Shown: one piece after another, positions 1 to 8,151 of the stretch
Layout: every line of letters starts with the position of its first letter
How positions within the stretch are numbered: the first letter of the stretch is position 1
Assembly (NCBI GenBank): GCA_044433505.1
Contig: JAWXTM010000002.1
Coordinates: forward strand, 7,070 to 71,069
Origin: Rikenellaceae bacterium
Lineage (GTDB): Bacteria > Bacteroidota > Bacteroidia > Bacteroidales > Rikenellaceae
Reading direction: 5' to 3'
Length of the DNA stretch: 64,000 nucleotides
Translations under genes and position numbers: made by a program
The notes under the pieces: model-generated
Told to the model about the DNA's origin: nothing
What the model saw: the letters and a program-made list of their open reading frames with translations, nothing else
The model's database searches: none

Positions 1-975
1 AAGTGGCGCAATATCCTCACTGCGCTCCCTGAGTGCAGGAATCTTAGTTTGAATGGTATTAATACGATAGAACAAATCCTCTCTAAACTTGCCTTCGTGA
101 ACCATCTCTTCGAGATTTTGGTTCGTTGCACAAACTAGCCTAACATCAATATCCACAGGGACGTTACTTCCCACTTTGACTACTTTTTTGCTTTGCAGCA
201 CGGTCAGCAATTTGGCTTGAAGGTGGTATGGTAGATTTGCAATTTCATCCAGAAATATTGTACCACCATTAGCCGCCTCAAATTTTCCCTCTCTTTCAGC
301 AACAGCCCCAGTAAAGGAGCCTTTGGCGTGCCCAAATAGCTCGCTCTCAAAGAGTGTTTCTGTAATCGCCCCCATATCAACCGTGACAAGTGGCATACCC
401 TTTCTGTTTGAGTGTGCGTGGATTTCCCTTGCCAGAACCTCCTTGCCAGTTCCATTTTCGCCCGTAATGAGTATATTAGCATCGGTTGCAGCAACCTTCA
501 CAATAATGTTTTGCAGGTGTTTCATCGCAGGGGACTCGCCCCAATACATCGTTGTATGAGCTTGAGTGGGATTTTCTCTAGGCTGCTTTCTCTTTACTTT
601 GTACGCCTTGACAAGGGTCTCTATAAGTTTAGTATTATCCCACGGTTTGACTATGAAATCAGACGCACCACGCTTAATTGCCTCCACAGCAAGCTCTATA
701 TCGGCATAGGCAGTAAAGACAACAACAGGCACTTCCTTAAAATTCTTTTTAATCTCTTCTAGCCAAAACAACCCTTCATTTCCAGTATTGATTGATGCAA
801 CAAAGTTCATATCCAACAGTACTACATCAACCTCCTCTTTTTTAATAGTGGGGATTACGGAATCTGGTGACCATAGCGTAACCACTTTTTGGAAGTGTGC
901 ACTCATCAGCAGTTTAACCGCACCGAGTATTGCTTTATTATCATCGACTATAAGTAGAGTACCTTTGTGTTTCAT
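1..975 (-). CDS. sigma-54-dependent two-component response regulator (NtrC family); 3' end lies outside the window
   Basis: Reverse-strand translation from the ATG at 975 reads MKHKGTLLIVDDNKAIL... (receiver domain). It continues into an AAA+ sigma54-interaction domain with Walker A GENGTGKE, a GSFTGA (GAFTGA-type) loop, RLVCATN and FREDLFYR. It is absent from the ORF track because it runs off the edge. Confidence 0.9.
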   Translation of the reverse strand, partial: MKHKGTLLIVDDNKAILGAVKLLMSAHFQKVVTLWSPDSVIPTIKKEEVDVVLLDMNFVASINTGNEGLFWLEEIKKNFKEVPVVVFTAYADIELAVEAIKRGASDFIVKPWDNTKLIETLVKAYKVKRKQPRENPTQAHTTMYWGESPAMKHLQNIIVKVAATDANILITGENGTGKEVLAREIHAHSNRKGMPLVTVDMGAITETLFESELFGHAKGSFTGAVAEREGKFEAANGGTIFLDEIANLPYHLQAKLLTVLQSKKVVKVGSNVPVDIDVRLVCATNQNLEEMVHEGKFREDLFYRINTIQTKIPALRERSEDIAPL

Positions 976-983
976 AAACTAAA

Positions 984-1054
984 GGGGGCTTCTAAAAACT
1001 AACCCCACTAAAAATTAAACAATGGACAACTAAATTAGCTTTTAGAAGTCCCCT
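984..1054. repeat. family-2 inverted-repeat element, short derivative
   Basis: GGGGGCTTCTAAAAACTAACCCC ... AGCTTTTAGAAGTCCCC. Matches both ends of the 204-bp copy at 18.5 kb with the interior missing. Confidence 0.8.
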
Positions 1055-1112
1055 AAAATTATTGCTTGTCAGGAGCGTTATAGTTTCGCCCGCAACAGAA
1101 ATCATACACTGA

Positions 1113-1120
1113 CAAAGGTA
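1113..1120 (-). promoter_or_regulatory. Bacteroidota -7 box TACCTTTG (response regulator gene)
   Basis: TAnnTTTG match on the minus strand, 138 nt upstream of the ATG at 975, with the family-2 element in between. Confidence 0.45.
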
Positions 1121-1145
1121 TGAATTTTATTTCTGACAATCAATA

Positions 1146-1165
1146 GGGTGCTTCTAAAAACTCAG
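1146..1165. repeat. family-2 solo terminal repeat
   Basis: GGGTGCTTCTAAAAACTCAG. Confidence 0.55.
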
Positions 1166-1178
1166 CACTAGATATAGA

Positions 1179-2267
1179 TTAAGGTTTAGTGCGCTCTGCC
1201 GAAGTCAATAGTGCGCCCGTTGGGCATACAAAGCGGCAATATGGACGCTTTACAAAGAGCGATAGCACCAAAAAGAATATAGCCATCGAAAGCACAACCC
1301 ACGAGGCTGAACCCAACAAAAATGCCGAAAAGACCTCGTAGTCCATCACTTCAAAGCCTACGCCTGTCCACATCAATAACATAAGTGCCAGCAGGATATA
1401 GTACCTTACCTTATTTAGTACTTTAGTTGTTTTGCTGCCAATGCGCCACTTTCTGGTTGGGATTTTGCCTACCAGCTCTTGTGCAGAGCCCATCGGGCAA
1501 TGGATATGGCAGTATGAGCCTTTGCGCCCCACAAGTGGCATAATAATCACAACCGCTAGCAATAGAATCGTGACTGCCCCAAAGGAAAAGTTAAAGCCAT
1601 TGGACATCCACGACACAAATTGCGAAAGGGATAGAAAGCTGCCGCACCATAGCCCCAATACTCCCACATTCAGCACCATCTGAACGGTGCTAAATATTTT
1701 GCGCTTGGGTCTAAAGAGCGTGATGCATACCCCCAATAATATTACAATAACCCCAGGTAAGCCCTTTGCACCAAGCCCCCTAAAGGCACTTCCTCCACTA
1801 ACAGAGCTCACATTCATAGCATAGTCTACACCCACCCGAACATTACCAATAATAGCACTAGAGCTATAGGTTGCACCAGATACAGCATCAACGCTCATCG
1901 TTTGAGCCTCCAAAAGCGTCACCCCCTGCCACCTATCGAGCAATCCGCTACGGAGCACATCTTGAAAGAAACTTGGGGTTTCGTTATTCTCCAAGGTCTC
2001 GACCTTTTTAATAACATCATCTTTAACATACAGCAATAGAGGTGTTCTGCCAGCATACCCCGTAATATCCTTACCCAAAGAGGTGGTATTGATAACTCGT
2101 GTGCCATCCTGCTCTACCGTTTCATTCTCACTCTGGGTAGCCTCTACCCTTTGCTCACTCTCTCCCAGAGAATAACCCACCAAAGAAGCATCCCTATTGA
2201 TAGCAACTGCCCCTAAAAGAAGTGCAACTATAAGGATATTTACAATGTACTTTATTCTATCTACCAT
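1179..2267 (-). CDS. membrane flavoprotein: FMN_bind domain fused to a NapH/NosR-like polytopic domain
   Basis: N-terminal TM helix. SGATYSS matches the covalent-FMN attachment motif of FMN_bind domains. Several TM helices carry two CX3CP motifs (CHIHCPMG, CRFVCPTG), as in NapH/NosR. Confidence 0.7.
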   Translation of the reverse strand: MVDRIKYIVNILIVALLLGAVAINRDASLVGYSLGESEQRVEATQSENETVEQDGTRVINTTSLGKDITGYAGRTPLLLYVKDDVIKKVETLENNETPSFFQDVLRSGLLDRWQGVTLLEAQTMSVDAVSGATYSSSAIIGNVRVGVDYAMNVSSVSGGSAFRGLGAKGLPGVIVILLGVCITLFRPKRKIFSTVQMVLNVGVLGLWCGSFLSLSQFVSWMSNGFNFSFGAVTILLLAVVIIMPLVGRKGSYCHIHCPMGSAQELVGKIPTRKWRIGSKTTKVLNKVRYYILLALMLLMWTGVGFEVMDYEVFSAFLLGSASWVVLSMAIFFLVLSLFVKRPYCRFVCPTGALLTSAERTKP

Positions 2268-2270
2268 CCC

Positions 2271-2900
2271 CTAGTATTTATTGTAGTGCACCTTTGCAGG
2301 ATTCCACTTATCTTTAACAGTAGGCTCGGTGTCAGGATAACCCATCACAATAACATTAAGGGCATATACGTCCTCAGGAAGGTTTAGAAGTTTCTGCATT
2401 TGCCCCACTCTATCGGCAGCGTCATTGGGGTATGCCCCACACCATACTGCACCCAGACCGAGGGCGTGCGCAGCAAGCAAAATATTCTCCGAGGCAGCCG
2501 AGCAGTCCAATAGCCAAGAGGTAGGCGAAGCAGCCTCGCTAACAGAGCCACACACCACAATCGCCACTTGCGCTTTGCGAGCCATATGTGCACCACGAAC
2601 AAAGGTAGGGATTGAGTCTAGTGTAGCACGGTCATTGACCACCACAAATTGCCACGGTTGTTTGTTCATAGCCGTAGGGGCAGCCATTCCAGCTTTAAGG
2701 ATAGTTTCGATAGTTGTTGCGTCTGGTTTTTCGGTGGTGTAGGAGCGCACGCTGCTGCGTGTCATAATTAGGTCAATACCGACTTGCTTTGTGTCAATTT
2801 CGACTCTTTTTTCGGGTTCTTTTTCCATAGTGATTTTTATTGATAGTATAACCAGAGCCACGGCTAGTAGCAGTGTAATAATTTGCCAGATGTTTTTCAT
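2271..2900 (-). CDS. nitroreductase-family flavoenzyme with N-terminal membrane anchor
   Basis: TRSSVRSYT FMN-phosphate motif, QPWQFVVV, and a nitroreductase-like C-terminus. Hydrophobic N-terminus IITLLLAVALVILSI. Only 3 nt separate it from the downstream gene. Confidence 0.75.
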   Translation of the reverse strand: MKNIWQIITLLLAVALVILSIKITMEKEPEKRVEIDTKQVGIDLIMTRSSVRSYTTEKPDATTIETILKAGMAAPTAMNKQPWQFVVVNDRATLDSIPTFVRGAHMARKAQVAIVVCGSVSEAASPTSWLLDCSAASENILLAAHALGLGAVWCGAYPNDAADRVGQMQKLLNLPEDVYALNVIVMGYPDTEPTVKDKWNPAKVHYNKY

Positions 2901-2932
2901 AGCGTGATAGTTGTTTTTAAAGGTTTATGGGA

Positions 2933-2940
2933 CAAAGGTA
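2933..2940 (-). promoter_or_regulatory. -7 box TACCTTTG (nitroreductase / NosR-like operon)
   Basis: TAnnTTTG match 33 nt upstream of the ATG at 2900. Confidence 0.55.
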
Positions 2941-2990
2941 GTGATTTTCTTTAGGAATAAAATAGGGGGGAGCAAGATTTGTGCCTCTAT

Positions 2991-3040
2991 GATGAAAGTT
3001 TGTTATAGTTTGTAGTATTACAGACTAAATAATTAAAGTT
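2991..3040. repeat. family-1 palindromic element, solo arm
   Basis: GATGAAAGTTTGTTATAGTTTGTAGTATTACAGACTAAATAATTAAAG matches the left arm seen at six other loci. Preceded by a G6 tract (2965-2970). Confidence 0.8.
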
Positions 3041-3059
3041 AAAGCTAACAAATCAAACT

Positions 3060-3383
3060 CTAGAAATTAAACTGCACAGCCGCCTCTATTGGCTCGGCAC
3101 TCACGTCAATTTTCTTAAACAAAACAACAAGCTCCTCGACACTAGTCTTGCGCTTGTCGTATCGTACCGTTACTGTGCGCTCCTCTAGAACCACCTCAAC
3201 ATCCTTAACACCCTTTTGAAATGGCATAAATTCCATTATCTTTTTAACACACTTCTCACACGTAATATCTGTAAGAAACTCAATGGTTGCAATATTGTCT
3301 TTTTTTTCCTTAGGTGATGCAAAACTCTCGGTTGCAATAAAAATCATCAAGCAAGCGATGAGTAGTAATTTAATTTTTTTCAT
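3060..3383 (-). CDS. secreted heavy-metal-associated (HMA) domain protein
   Basis: Signal peptide MKKIKLLLIACLMIFIATESFA. CxxC metal site TCEKCVKKI. Length and pattern fit a ferredoxin-like HMA fold. Confidence 0.7.
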   Translation of the reverse strand: MKKIKLLLIACLMIFIATESFASPKEKKDNIATIEFLTDITCEKCVKKIMEFMPFQKGVKDVEVVLEERTVTVRYDKRKTSVEELVVLFKKIDVSAEPIEAAVQFNF

Positions 3384-3409
3384 AATATTTTTTGTTTTTA
3401 GAAGTTTCC

Positions 3410-5725
3410 TTAAAATAGGCTATATCTCAGTCCAATATAAAATTTCCGCCCCATAAGCGGGCCCCATACCACTGATGAGTTAAATGCAGCAGAGTAGGGA
3501 TTATCTGCCGAAAGAATAGGCACTTCTTGGCGGTAGTTTGCAATATTCTCGCAGCCAGTATAGATCTCTACCGAGCGAATTTTATAGCTTACCTGTGCAA
3601 AGAAGATAGGGTAGATGGGTGAATACTCGCTATCTGCAAGGTCCCCTGTTTGCGTTGGTAGGCGCATCGGGCCATTGAGCTGTGCGGTGGCATCAAAGAC
3701 CCAGCGTCGATAGAGAGTTGCGTACTGTAGATTAAGCAGTGTCTTGAATTTACTTACCAAAGGTCGCTCCACCTTAACGCTCTCGCCATCTGCCCTATCT
3801 AGGGTAATCACGCTATTGGAGTATCTATATGTCGCAAAAATATCGAAGCGTTCAACGGGAGTCCACATAAAGTCTAGCTGATAGGTGTCCGTATGCGAAG
3901 CTCCATTGCTATTGTAGATATGTATCTGGTCAGCGGACATCTCTTGGTCGACAATTACTTGATTCATAAAGTCAGAACGGAAGTAGTCGAAACTTATAGT
4001 AGCATCATCTTTTTTTAGTAGCGAGAGGCTCTGAGTAAGGCTTGCTCCGTAGGTTGCGGCACGTTCTTGGCTATCGAAGTCTGCCCCTGTACCATTATCG
4101 AAGACAATAGTGCGCCCAGTAGCCAAAATGCCAATATTGTCAGTAATTACGTTAGAGGAGCGATAACCCAAACCAGCCGAGGCACGTAGCACTGTCGAAG
4201 GAGTGATTGACCAACGAATATGCGAGCGAGGGGTAACGAATGCTTTGTTAAAGTAGTCGTTATAGTCGCCACGCACACCAGCCACTAGTGAGAATTTCTC
4301 GCTAGCAGTAAAGGTGTATTCTGCATATACCCCCACTTCATTCTCTACCCTTGAGAGATCGAGCAGGTTGTTTTCTGAGCTTATCCACGGGGTGTAGTTA
4401 TTCACATTCTCGGAGATACTTTCAAGATATGAGGAAGCCCCAACGGCAAGTGCAGATTTGGTGTTAAAGTAGTGGTTGTAGCTTAGGTTCAGCGTCACAT
4501 TATTTTCATTGCCGTAGTAGTCGTTAAGTCCGAAGTAGGCATTTTCATTGAAGTGGTCGAAGTCAGCAACAAGAGCTATGCTGGAGCGCAGTTCGCTTTG
4601 CTTAGTGGTGTCATAGAGAGCATTGCCAAGTGGTACGCCGACCTTTAGATACCCGTTAGCACCTCTGTTGCGTATATGCGAACCGTATATATCATCTTGG
4701 TACATAGTGGAGTGCATACTTTCGGTATAGTCTAGATCTCCCCCCAGTCGCTCTTCTTGCAGGAGTTTAACCCCCCAGCGGACTTGCACACCATTTGGTG
4801 CAGAGTACAACCATCTATTGGCGAAGTTATATTGCGCAGCACTAGGCATATCACGATAACCATCACCATTCTTGTCGTGTACATTAAGGTCTGTATCAGC
4901 CGAGGCGTGTAGCATAATTACAGTAGAGAGCCGTCCATCTTTTGTTACAGGCAGGGCGGTCGATAGGTTGACTTCAGGACGAAGCTCATCGTTTAGGAAG
5001 ACATTAACAAAGAGTCTCTCGGAGTCGGTAGGCTTGCGATACTCTAGGTTGATTTGTCCTGTGATGGCTTCGTGACCAGCCGCAACAGATGATACGCCCT
5101 TAGATACTTGTATGGAGTTGAGCCACATCCCAGGGGTGTAGCTAAGTCCATAAGGCGAACCAATACCTCGCATAATTGGTCTGTTTTCGTCCAGTATTTG
5201 GGTGTATATTCCAGCCAGTCCAAGCATTTTGATTTGTCGAGCACCCGAAATAGCGTCACTGTAGCCAACAGTAACGGCAGCGGAGTTTTCAAAACTTTCG
5301 GCAAGGTTGCAGCACGCCATCTTGCAGAGTCCTGAGAATGAGATGACCTCACTTTTAGAGATTCCCGTCTTTTTGATATAGTTCCCCTTAAGGTCGCCAT
5401 AGACCACAACCTCATCAATGCCGAGGGCTTTTGTAGGGAGAGTTATTTGTATGTATTTGGTGTTATTGTCTAGCAGTATTGTGTCGTTTTGGTAGCCAAC
5501 AAATCCTGCAATTAGTTCATTAAAGTCTTTGATACGATGGAGGGTAAAGTTTCCTTGTTCATCGGTGAGAGCACCTACGGTGGTTTGTGACCACCATACT
5601 GTTGCGCCCACGATAGCTTTCCCTTCGCTGTCAAGAACAGTTCCTTCAATATTTTGTGCCTGAGCCGCTACAACACCCCATAGCGTTAGAATAGACACAA
5701 AAAAAGGTCTTATTTTTTTTGTCAT
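3410..5725 (-). CDS. TonB-dependent outer-membrane receptor with N-terminal carboxypeptidase-regulatory-like domain
   Basis: Signal peptide, then a CarbopepD_reg-like segment (IEGTVLDSEGKAIVGATV...GNFTL), a plug region, a long beta-barrel and a C-terminal aromatic residue (..RYSLF). Confidence 0.85.
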   Translation of the reverse strand: MTKKIRPFFVSILTLWGVVAAQAQNIEGTVLDSEGKAIVGATVWWSQTTVGALTDEQGNFTLHRIKDFNELIAGFVGYQNDTILLDNNTKYIQITLPTKALGIDEVVVYGDLKGNYIKKTGISKSEVISFSGLCKMACCNLAESFENSAAVTVGYSDAISGARQIKMLGLAGIYTQILDENRPIMRGIGSPYGLSYTPGMWLNSIQVSKGVSSVAAGHEAITGQINLEYRKPTDSERLFVNVFLNDELRPEVNLSTALPVTKDGRLSTVIMLHASADTDLNVHDKNGDGYRDMPSAAQYNFANRWLYSAPNGVQVRWGVKLLQEERLGGDLDYTESMHSTMYQDDIYGSHIRNRGANGYLKVGVPLGNALYDTTKQSELRSSIALVADFDHFNENAYFGLNDYYGNENNVTLNLSYNHYFNTKSALAVGASSYLESISENVNNYTPWISSENNLLDLSRVENEVGVYAEYTFTASEKFSLVAGVRGDYNDYFNKAFVTPRSHIRWSITPSTVLRASAGLGYRSSNVITDNIGILATGRTIVFDNGTGADFDSQERAATYGASLTQSLSLLKKDDATISFDYFRSDFMNQVIVDQEMSADQIHIYNSNGASHTDTYQLDFMWTPVERFDIFATYRYSNSVITLDRADGESVKVERPLVSKFKTLLNLQYATLYRRWVFDATAQLNGPMRLPTQTGDLADSEYSPIYPIFFAQVSYKIRSVEIYTGCENIANYRQEVPILSADNPYSAAFNSSVVWGPLMGRKFYIGLRYSLF

Positions 5726-5766
5726 AAATTATGTAGTGTAAATAAATAGTATTTTAGAAGTTTACT

Positions 5767-6186
5767 TTACACTAATACAGGGGGAGGGCGTTGTTTGAGG
5801 GGTGATTTATACCATTGTGATTCTATCCAATGGTAATTTTCTAGATACTTTATTTTTAACTCAGTGAGTTTAGCATTCAGGTTGCTGATTTGGTTGTGGT
5901 TACACAGAATGTTTATGATATTTGTGTAATAGTAGGCTTGAAATTTATTGAGAGAAGATGGTATTTGAAACTCTGCAATATTTGTTGTAGCATTGTGGTC
6001 GCAGTAGCATATTTGGATAATGTGTCCTTGGCAATCGGTTAGAGAAGGTTGATTTTCAGAGCAGTCGTATTCATTACTATGGCATTCTCCGCTACATAAG
6101 CATATCAATCCTGAGCCTATGTTCAGCAGGAGTGTGATGATAAGGATCATCATCACGGGAATTGATGTGCGACGATTATTTTTCAA
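5767..6186 (-). CDS. hypothetical membrane-anchored Cys/His-rich protein
   Basis: One N-terminal TM helix followed by CLCSGECHSNEYDCSENQPSLTDCQGHIIQICYCDHN. It is the first gene of the TonB-receptor/HMA operon, with a TACCTTTG -7 box 24 nt upstream. Confidence 0.5.
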   Translation of the reverse strand: MKNNRRTSIPVMMILIITLLLNIGSGLICLCSGECHSNEYDCSENQPSLTDCQGHIIQICYCDHNATTNIAEFQIPSSLNKFQAYYYTNIINILCNHNQISNLNAKLTELKIKYLENYHWIESQWYKSPLKQRPPPVLV

Positions 6187-6209
6187 TACCTTTGTTATTG
6201 TTTAAGCTA

Positions 6210-6217
6210 CAAAGGTA
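6210..6217 (-). promoter_or_regulatory. -7 box TACCTTTG (Cys/His protein-TonB receptor-HMA operon)
   Basis: TAnnTTTG match 24 nt upstream of the ATG at 6186. A mirror-image TACCTTTG on the plus strand lies at 6187-6194. Confidence 0.55.
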
Positions 6218-6317
6218 GTGAAAAAATGGGATAATGGAGCATAAAAATCGGAAGAAATAGTAATAATTTATTCTTTGAGAATTAGGGAGGTGTTTTTTTG
6301 CACTCCGAATGACCAGA

Positions 6318-6768
6318 GTTTGTTAGAGCTTGTAGTATTACAGACTAAAATGATTAAAGTTTTTTGGTTCTTTTGTTTACAAAAGAACGATGGTATCAGT
6401 CCGCTAGAGCAATAGCAAGGCGGATGCCTTGCCTAAAAATCAAAAGACAAAAATCTTTCGGTTGTAAAACCGAAAGCTAGAGCAGACAATCGGCACGGGT
6501 CATTGCTTTAGTTATAGCTTGTAGTATTACAGACTAAAATGATTAAAGTTTTTTGGTTCTTTTGTTCACAAAAGAACGATGGCATCAGTCCGCTAGAGCA
6601 ATAGCAAGGCGGATGCCTTGCCTAAAAATTAAAGACAAAATCTTTCGGTTGTAAAACCGAAAGCTAGTGCAGACAATCGGCACGGGTCATTGCTTTAGTT
6701 ATAGCTTGTAGTATTACAAACTTTCATCACTTAGTCTGCTATAATACAAGCTATAACAAACTTTCATC
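6318..6768 (+). repeat. family-1 composite array: two ~188-bp tandem units plus a terminal short palindromic unit
   Basis: Units 6322-6510 and 6511-6697 differ by four substitutions and two small indels. The third unit, 6698-6768, is a bare palindrome ending in AAACTTTCATC. Confidence 0.9.
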
Positions 6769-6784
6769 ATAAAAGGGTCTGTGA

Positions 6785-6793
6785 CCCCCCCCC
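6785..6793. repeat. C9 homopolymer tract
   Basis: Counted directly: GTGA + 9 C + AGCGG. The equivalent flank of other family-1 copies has C4 (23311-23314), C7 (29849-29855) and G6 (2965-2970). Confidence 0.9.
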
Positions 6794-6916
6794 AGCGGCA
6801 CTAATGGCACAAAATCAGAAAATACTATCCTACAACAAATTACGCACTACACACACTTTTTTCACTAAAATATATCACCCAAAAATAACCCTGCTTAACA
6901 AAATAATCGACAAAAA

Positions 6917-6947
6917 TTTGGTTGTTAACAAAAAAAGACTACCTTTG
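6917..6947 (+). promoter_or_regulatory. -33 TTTG / -7 TACCTTTG promoter of the lipoprotein operon
   Basis: TTTG at 6917-6920 and TACCTTTG at 6940-6947 with a 19-nt spacer, 87 nt upstream of the ATG at 7034. Confidence 0.6.
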
Positions 6948-7033
6948 CAATGTAGATGGTGCTGTATCTTTACGATATAAGGTAATCTACAGATAATTTA
7001 CGCAAACAACACTCATAAAAATCTTAAATCAAT

Positions 7034-8125
7034 ATGAAGAAGGAATTCTACCTGCTTTTCATAGCTCTGTCGGCTATGCTTTTCACCTACTCTTGCAAAG
7101 AGTCCACCTCCGAGGAATATAGCGATAATTCGCTTGTTCTATCAGTGGATAAATCCACCATTAATCTCGACATTCAGGAGATTGCAACTTTTTCTGTAAC
7201 ACTCGACGGACAAGATGTTACTCAGAGTGCTCAGATAATTGACATCTCACTTGGAGGATATGATGTAATGACTTCTAATGAGTTTACTACCCTAAGACCA
7301 GGAACTCACACCTTCTTCGCCTCGTACAATGGCTACGTTTCTGACCCTATTACTGTTTATAGCTCAACCGAAACAGGCTTCTCGGATATTTACTATCGCC
7401 GAAATATTATATTTAAATTTACTGGTACGTGGTGCTCATACTGCCCTAGTGCAACAACAGCTATCAACTCGGCCGATATACTCTACCCTGATAGACTCAT
7501 CGAAATTGCTGTGCACCAAGGTGATGACCTAGAGGTTACGGACATTGCCAGCGCACTCTCGGTTGTTATCGGTGGCGTGGCTGGTTATCCAACTATCTGT
7601 ATTGACGCTAACAAAGATCTGAAAACTACTGGTACTCCAGTGGCTTCTAATATCGTAACCCAAGCGCAAACATCACTGGCTGACGAACCAACTACTGTTG
7701 GTATGAAGCTCGAATCGAAACTTGAAGGACATACGCTAACTGTCGACATTGAGAATCACTTCACTCAAACTGGATACTACAAACTAGTGGTTGCCTTCCT
7801 TCAGAGTGGATTCAACTACGAGCAGACTGGTTCGACTGATGACAGCTATCGCCAAAACCACGTTATCCGCTGGTTCTTCTCGAACTCTGCCACTGGCGAC
7901 CTACTCGGTGATAATGGATACTGCACAGTGGGCGAGAAGGTGCAAACCCAATACAGCGTTGATCTTGACTCATCGGTTAGCCTAACTGACGAACTCCTCG
8001 AAACATTTGATATTGTGGCTTACGTTGTTAAACAATTCGACGAAACAACCTACCACATTAACAATGCTGCCGAAGTTGGTATCAACGAACTTAGCGACTA
8101 CCAATTTGAACCAATCACAGAATAA
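7034..8125 (+). CDS. Omp28-like thioredoxin-fold surface lipoprotein
   Basis: Lipobox FTYSC followed by acidic residues. An Ig-like N-terminal domain, then FKFTGTWCSYCP (CxxC in a thioredoxin-like context, as in the Omp28 family). Confidence 0.65.
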   Translation: MKKEFYLLFIALSAMLFTYSCKESTSEEYSDNSLVLSVDKSTINLDIQEIATFSVTLDGQDVTQSAQIIDISLGGYDVMTSNEFTTLRPGTHTFFASYNGYVSDPITVYSSTETGFSDIYYRRNIIFKFTGTWCSYCPSATTAINSADILYPDRLIEIAVHQGDDLEVTDIASALSVVIGGVAGYPTICIDANKDLKTTGTPVASNIVTQAQTSLADEPTTVGMKLESKLEGHTLTVDIENHFTQTGYYKLVVAFLQSGFNYEQTGSTDDSYRQNHVIRWFFSNSATGDLLGDNGYCTVGEKVQTQYSVDLDSSVSLTDELLETFDIVAYVVKQFDETTYHINNAAEVGINELSDYQFEPITE

Positions 8126-8151
8126 CGAACCAGAAAACTAGAACTATACCA

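Noticed and set aside
323-982. Several 64-116-aa plus-strand ORFs at the window start.
   Set aside because: They lie antisense to the clearly recognisable sigma-54 response-regulator gene on the minus strand.
5713-5720. An A8/T8 run at codons 3-5 of the TonB receptor gene (a similar run lies at 3300-3307 in the HMA gene) as a possible phase-variation switch.
   Set aside because: These are Lys-Lys codons in or near signal-peptide N-regions, which is common in this phylum. The tracts are short, and there is no supporting evidence of variability.
6491-6506. A sigma-54 -24/-12-like motif, cGGCACGggtcaTTGCt. It recurs at 6678-6693, is oriented toward the lipoprotein operon, and a sigma-54 activator gene lies nearby.
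   Set aside because: Counted directly, 11 nt separate GG from GC, whereas the spacing is strictly 10 in TGGCAC-N5-TTGC promoters. The T of TGG is also absent. It is probably a chance resemblance inside the repeat module.
6322-6768. A possible CRISPR array, given regularly spaced copies of GTTATAGCTTGTAGTATTACAGACTAAA.
   Set aside because: The sequences between the repeats are near-identical to each other, so they are not unique spacers. The period is ~188 bp. No cas genes lie in the window, and the same repeat occurs as isolated palindromes elsewhere.
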